This document shows, piece after piece, positions 37,616 to 48,357 of a DNA stretch of 64,000 bases. The notes beneath the pieces were generated by a model, which saw only the letters and a program-made list of their open reading frames with translations, searched no databases and was not told where the DNA came from. Position 1 is the first letter of the stretch; each line of letters starts with the position of its first letter. This stretch comes from an uncultured Candidatus Saccharibacteria bacterium (GTDB lineage Bacteria; Patescibacteriota; Saccharimonadia; CAILAD01; JADZBC01): positions 104,867 to 168,866 of the forward strand of contig CAZRJR010000002.1 in the NCBI GenBank assembly GCA_964600985.1. The letters are read 5' to 3'. The translations under genes and the position numbers were made by a program.

Positions 37616-38098
37616 ATGGACGTTATGACAGTACGGCCTGCAACACTTGAGGATCTTACTATAATTCAACAGCTCAATCATAAGCTGTTTTTGCATGACT
37701 TCGCGTATGATAATGCTCTCAATAAAGAGTGGTCGCTCGGTAAATCAGGCGAAGAGTACTTCAAGGATTACCTAGTATCGCAGAATAAAGTTTGTTTGAT
37801 AATTGTCCACACAGAAGTATGCGGTTATCTAGCAGGTAGCATGGTGGAAGATGCAACTCGCAAGGTAAAGGTTGCTGTGCTTGATAATATGTTTGTCGAT
37901 AAAGACAAAAGGATGCAGGGCCTGGGGAGGCAGTTGTTCTCTAGGTTCACTGGGTGGGCTAAGCAGAAAGGAGCGGACAGGATTGATGTGAGCGCTTATG
38001 TAGGTAATGCCAAAGCCCTTGGCTTTTATTCGGCCCTAGGGTTTACCCCACTAGCTCAAACATTGGAATTCAAAATTACAATAAGTTCTAACGAGTAA
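37616..38098 (+). CDS. GNAT-family N-acetyltransferase
   Basis: It has acetyl-CoA-binding motif A, KRMQGLGRQLF. Confidence 0.65.
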   Translation: MDVMTVRPATLEDLTIIQQLNHKLFLHDFAYDNALNKEWSLGKSGEEYFKDYLVSQNKVCLIIVHTEVCGYLAGSMVEDATRKVKVAVLDNMFVDKDKRMQGLGRQLFSRFTGWAKQKGADRIDVSAYVGNAKALGFYSALGFTPLAQTLEFKITISSNE

Positions 38099-38381
38099 TG
38101 GCCGACCAGTAGCCTTTTTTATAGCCCTTACCGCAAACTTCATCGATAGTCTTGCCCTCGGGTATGTAGTCGCACATAACCTGTTCGCAATCCTTGCCAC
38201 TGGTTGCTTCGCACTCAGCTTGGGTGGGGTAGAATGATACGCTTTGCACAGTGGCCACATCGGTATCAATTGATCCCGTGGGAGTTAAGTCGTTTTGGCG
38301 CTTAAGATATATGTTTGTGGCAAATGCTGTGATTACTAATAGGCCCCCAGCTACCATAACGATGAGAAGATTACGCTTCAT
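38088..38381 (-). CDS. Small secreted or membrane-anchored Cys-rich protein
   Basis: Signal/TM MKRNLLIVMVAGGLLVITAFA is followed by ECEATSGKDCEQVMCD...VCGKGY (5 Cys). Confidence 0.4.
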   Translation of the reverse strand: MKRNLLIVMVAGGLLVITAFATNIYLKRQNDLTPTGSIDTDVATVQSVSFYPTQAECEATSGKDCEQVMCDYIPEGKTIDEVCGKGYKKGYWSAITR

Positions 38382-38391
38382 ACTAGCTAGC

Positions 38392-39468
38392 TTAGCTGCT
38401 AAACCGAAACACCACAACGTCACCATCGTGCATTACGTAGTCTTTGCCTTCTAGGCGAGTCTTACCGGCGGCCTTGGCTTCGGAAAATCCGCCTGCGGCT
38501 ACTAAATCATCATAACCAGTTATTTCGGCTTTTATAAATCCTTTTTCAAAATCCGTGTGGATCACTCCGGCCGCCTGTGGGGCTGTGGCGCCAATTGGGA
38601 TGGTCCAGGCACGTGATTCTTTGGGTCCGCTGGTAAAATACGTTTGCAAACCAAGTATGCTAAAACCAATTTGAATAAGGCTATCAAGTCCACTTTGCTT
38701 TTGGCCTAGGCTCTCGAGTAACTCACGTGCTTCTTGGTCAGGCAAGTCTTGCAGTTCCGCTTCGATTTTGGCGCACAGAAACACGCTAGGGGAACCGCCT
38801 GCCAGCTTTTTTAGTTCAGACTGCTTGGTGATATCGCTGAGTCCTGCTTCATCTACATTAAACACATATATGAATGGCTTGGCGGTCAGAAGCTGGAGGT
38901 CTTGAATGGATTCAGGCAACTCTTTGTAGGCGTGACTAATGAGCTCGCCTTGATCTAGCTTGCTACAAATGTTTTCTAGTTCATTAATAGTGGCATTAGC
39001 TTTGGGGTTGGTCTTGGCTTCGCGCCGCGTTGTGTCAATTCGCTTCTGTAGGGTGGCAATATCGGCCAGGCATAGTTCGGTCTTGATGGCGTCTATATCA
39101 TCTTTTGGGTCGACCCTGCCTTCTACATGGACCACATCGTCGTCTACGAAGGCTCGCACTACTTGTACAATGGCGTTAGTCTCGCGGATGTTAGCCAGGA
39201 ACTTATTACCCAGCCCGGCGCCCTCGGAAGCGCCGCGGACTATGCCGGCAATATCCACGAACGTAACAGCGGCAGGAATTATGTTGATTGACGCCGATAG
39301 CTCAGCGAGCTTATTTAACCGTGCGTCGGGTACACCAACCACGCCTACGTTTGGTTCAATGGTGGCAAAGGGGTAGTTGGCGGCTAAGGTGTTATTTTTA
39401 GTAAGGGCATTAAATAGCGTTGACTTGCCCACGTTGGGTAGCCCGACTATGCCAAGGGAAAGACTCAT
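38392..39468 (-). CDS. ychF: Ribosome-binding ATPase YchF (Obg-like)
   Basis: It has the G1 motif [15 protein letters not shown] and a TGS domain. On the minus strand TATAAT(39475-39480)-N6-ATG places it in the leaderless set. Confidence 0.9.
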   Translation of the reverse strand: MSLSLGIVGLPNVGKSTLFNALTKNNTLAANYPFATIEPNVGVVGVPDARLNKLAELSASINIIPAAVTFVDIAGIVRGASEGAGLGNKFLANIRETNAIVQVVRAFVDDDVVHVEGRVDPKDDIDAIKTELCLADIATLQKRIDTTRREAKTNPKANATINELENICSKLDQGELISHAYKELPESIQDLQLLTAKPFIYVFNVDEAGLSDITKQSELKKLAGGSPSVFLCAKIEAELQDLPDQEARELLESLGQKQSGLDSLIQIGFSILGLQTYFTSGPKESRAWTIPIGATAPQAAGVIHTDFEKGFIKAEITGYDDLVAAGGFSEAKAAGKTRLEGKDYVMHDGDVVVFRFSS

Positions 39469-39545
39469 GCATACATTATAGCAAGATGTGCTTGATAATA
39501 TTAAGCGTTACAACTATAGTGTTACCATAAGCCTTTTATATCTAC

Positions 39546-42500
39546 ATGAGCGACATAAATACTCCCAACAATTCTACAGTAAACCCTCCCAAGCAAGAAC
39601 AAGGAGCTACTACTAATGTTGCGCCGCTTGAGCCCAAGGGTGCTAAGACAAATGTAGGGAAGCCAGTTCGCCACTGGGGCAAAAGAATCGCACTAATTCT
39701 ACTAATTCTACCTATTGTGGCGGCTGGCGTTTATGGTGTTCAGCACTGGCTCAAAGTCAGTAAAACCTATAAGGTAGGTAGTCACTCATTTACTTATGGC
39801 GACGTGGAGGCTAGGGCGGCTAAGATGAAGAAGGGATTCTCTGGCAAGGTAACTTCTCAGGCACAGGACCAGATGCTCTCGGATGCCAAAGACAAGCTAG
39901 CCTTACTGGCTGGGCTAAAGTCAGAGGCAGACAAGCGAAACATTCCCTACGATAATGCCTCCGTCGACAATTATATGAAAACCCGATATGACGAAAAGGG
40001 AGGCAAGAGCGCTTACTTTGCTTATACGAAGTCAGACTTTGGCTGGAACGAGCAAGATACTTACAACTTTGGCACAACACTGTATTTGCAATATAAGCTA
40101 GAGCCAGAGCTAATAGCCCATAAACGATTTACCGTTATATATGTGCGCTGGGATGGTATAAAACTTTTTGATCCTAAGAACTACGACACAGTCTACAAGC
40201 AGCGAGAAGCAGAGCTGACCAATAAATACCTGCCAATGTTGAAGCAAAACGTTCCACTCGAAGGTTTGCGCCAGAGAGTAGAGGTGTCCGATACAGCCGA
40301 TCAAGAGACTATAAGGCGTGTATATGCGGCTACTAAAAACGCGCCGATTCAAATCCAGGACTTCGACCCTACAGGCGTGACGTTCACCAACTACAATGAG
40401 GGTGAAGATGTTATGACGCGTCTTAATGCAATGAAGCAACCCCTAGGCGTAGTCGGTCCATTCAAGGGGGCAGACGGCAGGCTTTTGATCGCTCGGCTTG
40501 AAAGTGCACGAGGCGGCAAGTACTATGGTTGGGATGAATTTACCAAGCAGGCTAAACAGTCCGCAGGGTTATCTCAGAATTCCGTAAACGTAGATATTGG
40601 TATGTTGAGCAAACGATTTGCCAGGCAGCTTGATGGAATATTTTCGCCTGCACAAAAAGCTGAGGCAGCTCAATCTGCTATTAACTGCCTGGATCACCCG
40701 GTTACTTATAATTTTAGCGTATTTAGTACTGCAAGTGGTGACCGCATTTGGTCGCCTACCTTTACTATGGGTGGAGGCAGCCAGAGGCAAATTGCCCCCA
40801 ATAATTCAGGGGAATTATACTACTGTGATCCAGCGCCCTACAGGGCGGCAGGCTTTTCTGTAGGCCAGCCAGATGCAAATGGATTTACCGGGGTAGGGAT
40901 CTTTAAGACGAGTAGCCTGGGCACACTCACGTTTAATGTCGACTGCTACGGGGGTGACTGGGGTATTGGGCCCAAGCCGCCAAGCCTAGGTTCTGGCTGG
41001 ACATTCAAGTATCAAAATACGTCTGGTTCATATGGCAACAATATGACTATTAATACCAACTTTTACTATGCTCCAGTAACGCAAAACAATCCACCACCGC
41101 CGCCCCCCCCACCTCCACCATCAGGGAATAACCCCTACTGTACGTTTACAAACGCCTACAGGGTAGATGCAACTAGATGGGCTGTGTCGTGGAGGAGCTA
41201 TAACTACTATGGAGCTGCCTTGAGTGGAAGCTTGTACAACTCAGTAACGGGTAATACGGACTCGGGGGTTGGTTTAAGCGAGAACGACCATCGGGTGCGA
41301 GTTGCTGACGGTCAGACTGGAACCATAAGCTTTACCATGTACAATAATGGCCAGCCAGTACCTGGTGTTACATGTTCAATACCTGTTGGGCAAACTGGTT
41401 CAAATCCGCCACCTACTAATCCACCCCCTCCAACACCCACTGCATATTGGAGTTGTGCAGTTACAGCTGATGGTACGAGCCCAATTGCTTCCCCTGCAAC
41501 GCCGGCCAATATATCTAAAACTATCAACAGGGGGGATACCCTTACGTTGAAAGTGGCTCCTGTACTTCGTTTGCTAAGCGATGATACGATCGTGCCTGGC
41601 GGTATGCCTCTTCTGCAATGGGATTACTTTGTAGGGAGCTTCGGTACACCCGTGTACACTAGCCCAGACCCCACTAGAGTGGGCGGGAATCCAGATCCAT
41701 TCGCCACGTATACGAGCACCCCACAAGTTAGTGCTAACTACTTTATATTCCCTCATAATCCACAAGAAATAAGTGTTTATGGTGGGTGTAGTGTAGTTCT
41801 TCAGGTAAACACTCCCGCAGCCCCTACCTATGGACCACTGCTTAAAACTACCAAAGGAGATGTGACGGCGGCAGGGTTCCTGGATAGTGCCAACGCCATG
41901 ATTCGTACTCAGAAGAACAACCCTCCACGAACTGCTGTTGCTACAGCGGCCGACTACTTGGTGATTGGTAGGTTTGTGGATTACTTTTGCAGTGCAGGCG
42001 GTTTTAACCTCGGTATGCCAGGTACATGTGTGCCCGGGGACTCCTTGTATAGCTCGGGTTACGCAGTTAGTAGAGAGGGATTCGCTAATATTGGCGACAA
42101 CGGTCCGTTTGCCACATCTAACGACCCGGTCATAAAGAATGTGCGTACCATAATGAATAGTGCCTCTACAGATATTAATGCTTGTTCGGCTGCAAAACCC
42201 TACTTTAAATATGCAGACCTAGGCCCTCAGCTGGCAGGTGGTAACTTCGGCTCAACCCAAAGCTGCGCGGTAATTGGTACCCAGCCAAGCGGTAACTTCG
42301 GTGCTCATACGTTCACGCAGGGTAGAGCCACCATATTCATTGACGGTGACGTTACTATCACCGGGGATAACAAAGTGGTGTATTCTGGTGGACCGTATGA
42401 CTCTGTAAATAAGATACCGAATGTTGGCCTCATAGTCAGGGGTAACGTCACGATCGACAAGAGTGTAGTCCAGCTAGATATGTCTATTTATGCCACTGGT

Positions 42501-42776
42501 AAGATTAAGACCTGCTCAGTTTACCCGGATGCTACCGGTACTCAGTGTAATCAACAGCTCAAAGTCCGAGGTATCTTAGCGGCAGCGCATGGCTTTGAGT
42601 TTGGTCGCATCATCCCAGGTAATCCTGCTAACGCCGCCGATCAGGCTAAGCCAGCCGAACTCATAGTGGGCTCTGGTTTAGTAGATGCCTTCCCGCCACC
42701 GGGGTTCATAGATATGTCTACTAGCTCGGCCACAGGAGTAAAAGTACTAAGTAACGAAGCGGGGCCAAGGTTCTAG
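39546..42776 (+). CDS. Large (1076-aa) signal-anchored surface protein with poly-Pro linkers, located directly upstream of the T4P locus
   Basis: The N-terminal TM is IALILLILPIVAAGVYGV. It has P10 and PPTNPPPPTP tracts and many Cys, Gly and Tyr residues. No catalytic motifs were recognised. Confidence 0.6.
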   Translation: MSDINTPNNSTVNPPKQEQGATTNVAPLEPKGAKTNVGKPVRHWGKRIALILLILPIVAAGVYGVQHWLKVSKTYKVGSHSFTYGDVEARAAKMKKGFSGKVTSQAQDQMLSDAKDKLALLAGLKSEADKRNIPYDNASVDNYMKTRYDEKGGKSAYFAYTKSDFGWNEQDTYNFGTTLYLQYKLEPELIAHKRFTVIYVRWDGIKLFDPKNYDTVYKQREAELTNKYLPMLKQNVPLEGLRQRVEVSDTADQETIRRVYAATKNAPIQIQDFDPTGVTFTNYNEGEDVMTRLNAMKQPLGVVGPFKGADGRLLIARLESARGGKYYGWDEFTKQAKQSAGLSQNSVNVDIGMLSKRFARQLDGIFSPAQKAEAAQSAINCLDHPVTYNFSVFSTASGDRIWSPTFTMGGGSQRQIAPNNSGELYYCDPAPYRAAGFSVGQPDANGFTGVGIFKTSSLGTLTFNVDCYGGDWGIGPKPPSLGSGWTFKYQNTSGSYGNNMTINTNFYYAPVTQNNPPPPPPPPPPSGNNPYCTFTNAYRVDATRWAVSWRSYNYYGAALSGSLYNSVTGNTDSGVGLSENDHRVRVADGQTGTISFTMYNNGQPVPGVTCSIPVGQTGSNPPPTNPPPPTPTAYWSCAVTADGTSPIASPATPANISKTINRGDTLTLKVAPVLRLLSDDTIVPGGMPLLQWDYFVGSFGTPVYTSPDPTRVGGNPDPFATYTSTPQVSANYFIFPHNPQEISVYGGCSVVLQVNTPAAPTYGPLLKTTKGDVTAAGFLDSANAMIRTQKNNPPRTAVATAADYLVIGRFVDYFCSAGGFNLGMPGTCVPGDSLYSSGYAVSREGFANIGDNGPFATSNDPVIKNVRTIMNSASTDINACSAAKPYFKYADLGPQLAGGNFGSTQSCAVIGTQPSGNFGAHTFTQGRATIFIDGDVTITGDNKVVYSGGPYDSVNKIPNVGLIVRGNVTIDKSVVQLDMSIYATGKIKTCSVYPDATGTQCNQQLKVRGILAAAHGFEFGRIIPGNPANAADQAKPAELIVGSGLVDAFPPPGFIDMSTSSATGVKVLSNEAGPRF

Positions 42777-42860
42777 AACGAATAGTTAAGGCGGCATGAA
42801 TTGTGATAATCAACAAAATCAGCTTCCTAACTTCATAATACTTATGCTAATATACGGTAT

Positions 42861-43901
42861 ATGAGTTTATTTACTGAAGAAGAAAACTTTTTTGGACTCG
42901 ATCTGGGCGCTAGCAGTGTAAAGCTGGTGCAGCTCAAGCAAATGCATGGCAAGCCCAGTTTACTTACCTATGGCGACATGGAGTTGCCTCCCAACTTGTT
43001 GGCTAGTGATTCGCCACTAGATCAAGACAAATTGGCCGAAATGGTCAAGCAACTTGTAGAGGATGCTCGGGTATCTACCAAGAACGTAGTGGCTGCTTTG
43101 CCATCGAACTTCTCGTACGCAGCGGTGATTACTATGCCTAAACTCAGTCACGAGGAGTTAGTTAACGCCGTACGATTCCAGGCAGACAAATACATTCCGA
43201 TGGCGATTGATCAGGTAAAGCTAGATTGGGTGGTGATTGGCCCAAAAGCCGACAGCGCCGACGAAATCGAGGTACTGCTGGTAGCGGCACCCATATCGCT
43301 TGCTAATAAATACCTTAATATTATGCAAAAGGCCGGCCTAGAACTCACTGCGCTCGAGGTGAATCCTATAGCACAGACTCGCTCGCTCATAACCGCAAAT
43401 CACGAGCCACTTATGCTGCTTGACTTTGGTTCGGTAGCGACCGATATGGCTATCGTAGCTAACCAGGTACCACGGTTAATTCGCTCCGTGAATGCCGGGG
43501 CACGCACCATGGTTCGTGTGTTGGGCCAAAACTTAGGCTTAGACGAGGAGCAGGCACAGCAGTTTATGCACAAATTCGGTATGGCTCAAGAAAAGCTCGA
43601 GGGCCAAGTGTATGGCGCACTTAAGCCGGCCATAGATAGCGTAGTAGAAGAAATCACGAAATCGATTAATTACTTCCACGAGTCTAACCCTGAGCTTAAA
43701 GTAGGCAAGCTTGTTATGACTGGTGGCACGTCGGCACTCCCTGGCTTGCCGGCGTACTTGGCTAATGCTACGGGTATTACGGTCGAGATCGGTAACCCGT
43801 GGGCCAATGTAAGCTATCCAGCAAGCCTAGAGGATAAGCTCGGTCCATTGGCGCTTACGTATGCAAGTGCACTAGGCTTGGCTATGCGGGGGATGGTGTA
43901 G
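42861..43901 (+). CDS. pilM: Type IV pilus assembly protein PilM (actin-like ATPase fold)
   Basis: The N-terminus is FFGLDLGASSVKLVQL and the length matches PilM/FtsA-like proteins. Confidence 0.85.
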   Translation: MSLFTEEENFFGLDLGASSVKLVQLKQMHGKPSLLTYGDMELPPNLLASDSPLDQDKLAEMVKQLVEDARVSTKNVVAALPSNFSYAAVITMPKLSHEELVNAVRFQADKYIPMAIDQVKLDWVVIGPKADSADEIEVLLVAAPISLANKYLNIMQKAGLELTALEVNPIAQTRSLITANHEPLMLLDFGSVATDMAIVANQVPRLIRSVNAGARTMVRVLGQNLGLDEEQAQQFMHKFGMAQEKLEGQVYGALKPAIDSVVEEITKSINYFHESNPELKVGKLVMTGGTSALPGLPAYLANATGITVEIGNPWANVSYPASLEDKLGPLALTYASALGLAMRGMV

Positions 43902-43902
43902 C

Positions 43903-44511
43903 ATGATACTCATTAACTTGCTACCAGAAGCTCGCCTTAGTAAGCTGCGTGATCAGCAGCGTAAGAAGCTTGCTACCACGGTAATGATCGCGGTATGCAT
44001 AGTAGTCGCTACCATAATCGGCACTCTGCTGCTTCTCATGGCCTACAACGCCACAGTAAAGGCGGCTAACGACGGATCGATCAATAAGCTCAAGGCTGAC
44101 GTAGCGAAGTCTAAAGACATGGAGCAAGAAACGGCGACTATTCAGGAGCACCTCGACAGCTTTATGACCCTCCATAAGAACCGACTTTACGCTAGTGAGA
44201 TATTTAGCAACTTCGGCAATACTATTCCGGCCGATGTATCGGTAACCAGCTTTGCCTTAGCAGATGACTATACCGCAACTATTAGCGGTACCACCACCTC
44301 GATTAAGCAGGTGAGTGTGTTTTCTAAAGCACTCGAGGAATACAATGTGAACTTTAAGCCGCAGCCAGACTTAGCACGCAAGCCGCTCTTTAGCTCGGTT
44401 AAGATTAGCTCGGTAAGCAACGACGCTACGTCGTCTAAGGTAACCTTTAGTATGACATTCAAGGTGGATCCAAGCTTGTTCAAGACTAAACAGGGAGGCA
44501 CACGATCATGA
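43903..44511 (+). CDS. pilN: Type IV pilus assembly protein PilN
   Basis: It has the INLLPE N-terminus and a single TM, and lies directly after pilM. Confidence 0.75.
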   Translation: MILINLLPEARLSKLRDQQRKKLATTVMIAVCIVVATIIGTLLLLMAYNATVKAANDGSINKLKADVAKSKDMEQETATIQEHLDSFMTLHKNRLYASEIFSNFGNTIPADVSVTSFALADDYTATISGTTTSIKQVSVFSKALEEYNVNFKPQPDLARKPLFSSVKISSVSNDATSSKVTFSMTFKVDPSLFKTKQGGTRS

Positions 44512-45215
44512 CGCCACAGCAGCAATCTGCCCCAACGCCTAAGAAGGTAGAACGACCGAAAACACCGATTTCTATGAACGAAAAGCTGGAGACCAAAAAC
44601 TTCCTCACAGTCATGATTTTGGTTACATCGGTAGTAGTTTTAGTCGGTGGCTACTTTGTATATCGACTTACTCAAGCCTACATACGCCAGGCCAACGAAG
44701 TAAAAGCTCAAGACAAACTGATTAACTCACTCAAAGACAAGCAGGAAGCTCTCGAGAAACTCAAGCCAAACTACGCGGCCATTACTACTAAGGGTGCTAA
44801 CAATATTAGTGATGCCGACTTGGTGTTGCGGGCGTTACCAACTACTGAGGACTACAAGAGTTTAATAGCCTCGCTCGAGCAGATTGGCAAGGAAAGTGGT
44901 GTAAAGGTTACGACGGTAACGCAGTCTGGCGGTGCTGTAGCAGCTTCGCCAACTCCCACTTCGACTACCCCAGGCACTCCAGCTGCAAGCTCAACTGCCG
45001 CCCAGCCACAAGCCTTGGCCTTTAGCGTGAACATAGAAGGACCATACGAGAGGATCTTTGTGTTCTTGCAGAATACCGAGCGCTCGGCACGAGTCATGAA
45101 CTTTACCAGTATGACGTTGTCGGGTAATTCTGGTACGGTATCGGCTAGCTTGAGCATGAAGACCTACTGGCAGGCGCCGGCCAATATAGCAAGTACTATG
45201 GAGCCACTGAAATGA
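44508..45215 (+). CDS. pilO: PilO-like pilus assembly protein
   Basis: It is a single-TM bitopic protein with a coiled-coil, in the pilM-N-O position. Confidence 0.55.
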   Translation: MTPQQQSAPTPKKVERPKTPISMNEKLETKNFLTVMILVTSVVVLVGGYFVYRLTQAYIRQANEVKAQDKLINSLKDKQEALEKLKPNYAAITTKGANNISDADLVLRALPTTEDYKSLIASLEQIGKESGVKVTTVTQSGGAVAASPTPTSTTPGTPAASSTAAQPQALAFSVNIEGPYERIFVFLQNTERSARVMNFTSMTLSGNSGTVSASLSMKTYWQAPANIASTMEPLK

Positions 45216-45451
45216 AAAAACGTGATGTAATTACTCTTATAGTTTCTGTTACGATTCTTCTCATCGCTGGGGCGCTGATTTATCGCTACTTTGTACCGCC
45301 GAGTAAGGACAACGGCGTGCAGGTAGAAGTGCCGCGACCAGTAGAAAGTACGTTTAATCAAAACCAACTCAGTACACTCAAGAACGATGTAAAGGACTAC
45401 ACGCCAGACATCACGCCTACCGACTCGGGCGCAAAACCAATTATTCAATAA
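45212..45451 (+). CDS. Small single-TM protein in the pilus locus
   Basis: MKKRDVITLIVSVTILLIAGALIY. It encodes 79 aa. Confidence 0.4.
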   Translation: MKKRDVITLIVSVTILLIAGALIYRYFVPPSKDNGVQVEVPRPVESTFNQNQLSTLKNDVKDYTPDITPTDSGAKPIIQ

Positions 45452-45458
45452 CAAAGGG

Positions 45459-47270
45459 GTGCTCGGCGTGATACCAAGCGATACAGCTCAAAAGATTGAG
45501 AAGCTGATCATCGATAACCATTTGGTGAACGATGAGGCCTTGGCTGATGCCAAAAACGAAGTTGCCAATACTACCAAAACACTGCTGCAGGTGTTGGTTG
45601 AGCGTAAGCTCATGAGCGAGGACGACAGCGTTAAGCTCGTGGCGGTTACTACCAATACATCTTTTGCTGACCTTAAGGCGCTCAATGTCGACCAGAAGGT
45701 GCTTAAGCTCTTGCCACGCGATGTAGCGGCTACATACATGGCAGTGCCGTTTGAGCTCAAAGACAACGTGCTCTCGGTTGCTATGGTGGATCCATCTAAC
45801 CTACAGGCAGTGGACTTTATTGCTCGCAAGACTGGCTATGAGCTCAAGACTTATATAACCAGCAAGTCGCAAATCGATGCCGTGCTCGAAAACTATACCG
45901 AAGGCTTAGGCGCCGAGGTAGCTCAAGTGCTACACCAGGCTACCGCTGCTGGGCAAGCAACAGCTGAAGGGCAAAAGGGCGAGGACCAAAAGTCGTTTAA
46001 AGAAACCGCCAAAGATGTCGAGAACTTGGTTCAAGACGCGCCGATTACGCGAGCGCTCAATGCAATCTTGGAATACGCGATTAACTCTAAGGCCTCAGAC
46101 ATCCACATAGAGCCGCGCGAAACTGAGCTCAAGATTCGCTTCCGCATCGATGGTATATTACAGGACGCCATGACCTTGCCCAAGACAACTGAGCCACCAC
46201 TGATTTCGCGCATTAAGATTCTTTCCAACCTTAAGATCGACGAGCACCGTATACCGCAAGATGGAGAGGCGCAGTACAAAGTGGGAGATAGGGAAGTCGA
46301 CCTTCGTATTGCCATCGCGCCAATTACCCATGGTGAGCAGGTGGTGATGCGTATTCTCGACAAGTCCGAGTCGCTCATGTCGCTTGACAGCTTGGGCTTC
46401 CGGGGCCGTTCGCTGCGGCTTATTCAGGAAGGCATGCACAAGCCACACGGTATGATCCTCTCGACTGGTCCAACTGGGTCGGGTAAGTCGACTACACTTT
46501 ATGCAGTTATTCAGGAGATTAAGAACGTCGCGATTAACATTATTACCCTCGAAGACCCGGTAGAATACAAGATCGATGGTATTAACCAGATTCAGGTTAA
46601 CTCCGGGGTGGGACTCACCTTTGCCTCGGGTTTGCGCTCGATTCTGCGTCAAGATCCTAACGTAATTATGGTAGGTGAAATTCGTGACCACGAAACGGCA
46701 GACCTAGCGGTGCAGGCTGCGCTTACCGGTCACGTAGTGCTTTCTACGCTGCACACTAACTCATCCTCGGGCGTTTTGCCTCGTATGCTAGATATGGGTA
46801 TCGAACCTTTTTTAATTGCTTCCACCATTAATACCGTGATTGGCCAACGCCTCGTGCGCAAGGTGTGCGACAATTGCCGTAAGCCATTTGAATCGTCGGA
46901 AGCAGCTACGCAGATGGTTAATCGAGCTCTCGCGTCGGTGCTACCGAAGAACGAGGCCGAAGCAACTGCCAAGGCCCAAGAGCTTGGCTATGAGAATTTG
47001 CCAATCTACAACGAAAAAGCTTATACTTTGTACAAGGGGGAGGGTTGTGCGCAGTGCACCGATGGCTACAAGGGCCGCACCGGTATTTACGAGGTGTTTG
47101 AGCTCAATGAAGCCATGGAGAAGCTGTTGGTGGCTCACGCTACTACCAGTGATATACAGAAGCAAGCGCAGGCTGATGGCATGCTTACCATGCAGCAGGA
47201 CGGCATGCTCAAAGTGCTGCTCGGCATAACCACACTCGAGGAAGTTTCGAGAGTAGCTAGCGATTATTAA
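45459..47270 (+). CDS. pilB: Type IV pilus assembly ATPase PilB (GspE family)
   Basis: It has Walker A GPTGSGKSTTLYA, a tetracysteine zinc motif CDNCR...CAQC and an N-terminal GSPII-like domain. Confidence 0.9.
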   Translation: MLGVIPSDTAQKIEKLIIDNHLVNDEALADAKNEVANTTKTLLQVLVERKLMSEDDSVKLVAVTTNTSFADLKALNVDQKVLKLLPRDVAATYMAVPFELKDNVLSVAMVDPSNLQAVDFIARKTGYELKTYITSKSQIDAVLENYTEGLGAEVAQVLHQATAAGQATAEGQKGEDQKSFKETAKDVENLVQDAPITRALNAILEYAINSKASDIHIEPRETELKIRFRIDGILQDAMTLPKTTEPPLISRIKILSNLKIDEHRIPQDGEAQYKVGDREVDLRIAIAPITHGEQVVMRILDKSESLMSLDSLGFRGRSLRLIQEGMHKPHGMILSTGPTGSGKSTTLYAVIQEIKNVAINIITLEDPVEYKIDGINQIQVNSGVGLTFASGLRSILRQDPNVIMVGEIRDHETADLAVQAALTGHVVLSTLHTNSSSGVLPRMLDMGIEPFLIASTINTVIGQRLVRKVCDNCRKPFESSEAATQMVNRALASVLPKNEAEATAKAQELGYENLPIYNEKAYTLYKGEGCAQCTDGYKGRTGIYEVFELNEAMEKLLVAHATTSDIQKQAQADGMLTMQQDGMLKVLLGITTLEEVSRVASDY

Positions 47271-47279
47271 GGAGGGCGG

Positions 47280-48356
47280 ATGGATTCGACTACAACACAA
47301 CTCAGGATCGAACCATTTCTAGAAGAAGTAATTAAGCGCGACGCTTCAGACTTGCATTTGCAAGTTGGGCTGCCGCCTATGCTGCGTGTGGATGGTGCCT
47401 TACGCCCCATAGCTGACGCTGCCCCACTTAAACCAGTCGACGTAGAGGGCTTGGTCTATACGCTCCTCAATGAAGACCAGAAGAAGCTGCTCATAAAGGA
47501 CCGTGAGCTCGACTTTTCATTTGCCTTTGGCAACAAAGGTCGCTTTAGGGTAAATGCCTTTCATGAAAAGGGCAACATTGCAGTAGCACTACGCCTCATT
47601 CCCACCAAGATTCGCACGCTCGAGGAGCTGGGCATGCCAGAGGTGGTGAGCTCGTTTACAAACTACCCACGTGGCTTGGTGTTGGTAACCGGTCCGACTG
47701 GATCGGGTAAATCCACTACGCTGGCGGCAATGGTAGATATGATTAATAACGATAAGTCGCTCCACATCGTGACCATTGAGGACCCCATAGAGTACGAGCA
47801 TCATCACAAAAAGTCGATTGTAGTACAGCGCGAAGTTCACTTTGATACTAACGGCTTTGCGCCAGCGTTGCGCTCGGCACTCCGCGAAGACCCCGATGTA
47901 GTACTGATTGGTGAAATGCGCGATCTCGAAACTATCTCGGCGGCTATTACCATTGCCGAAACTGGCCACCTAGTTCTGGCAACCCTACACACCAACAGCG
48001 CTGCCCAAACTATCGACCGTATTATAGATGTATTCCCGCCATACCAGCAGCAGCAGATTCGCGTACAGTTAGCTGGTATAGTGCAGGCGATTGTGGCGCA
48101 GCGACTTATACCGATGGTGGGTGGTGGCCGCATTGCCGCTGCCGAGATTATGGTTGCCACCTCGGCCATTCGCAATATCATTCGAGATTCCAAGACTCAC
48201 CAGCTCGATGCTGCTATACAAACTGGTGCGGAGTATGGCATGCAGACCATGGACCGCACGCTTGTATCACTCGTGCAGTCGGGCAAAATTACGTTCGAAG
48301 AAGCCAAGAACTACGCAGTCGATCTTGTGGAGCTAGAACGGCTTATGAGGGGCTAG
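47280..48356 (+). CDS. pilT: Twitching-motility retraction ATPase PilT
   Basis: It has Walker A GPTGSGKSTTLAAM and the AIRNIIRD motif, and encodes 358 aa. Confidence 0.88.
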   Translation: MDSTTTQLRIEPFLEEVIKRDASDLHLQVGLPPMLRVDGALRPIADAAPLKPVDVEGLVYTLLNEDQKKLLIKDRELDFSFAFGNKGRFRVNAFHEKGNIAVALRLIPTKIRTLEELGMPEVVSSFTNYPRGLVLVTGPTGSGKSTTLAAMVDMINNDKSLHIVTIEDPIEYEHHHKKSIVVQREVHFDTNGFAPALRSALREDPDVVLIGEMRDLETISAAITIAETGHLVLATLHTNSAAQTIDRIIDVFPPYQQQQIRVQLAGIVQAIVAQRLIPMVGGGRIAAAEIMVATSAIRNIIRDSKTHQLDAAIQTGAEYGMQTMDRTLVSLVQSGKITFEEAKNYAVDLVELERLMRG

Positions 48357-48357
48357 G

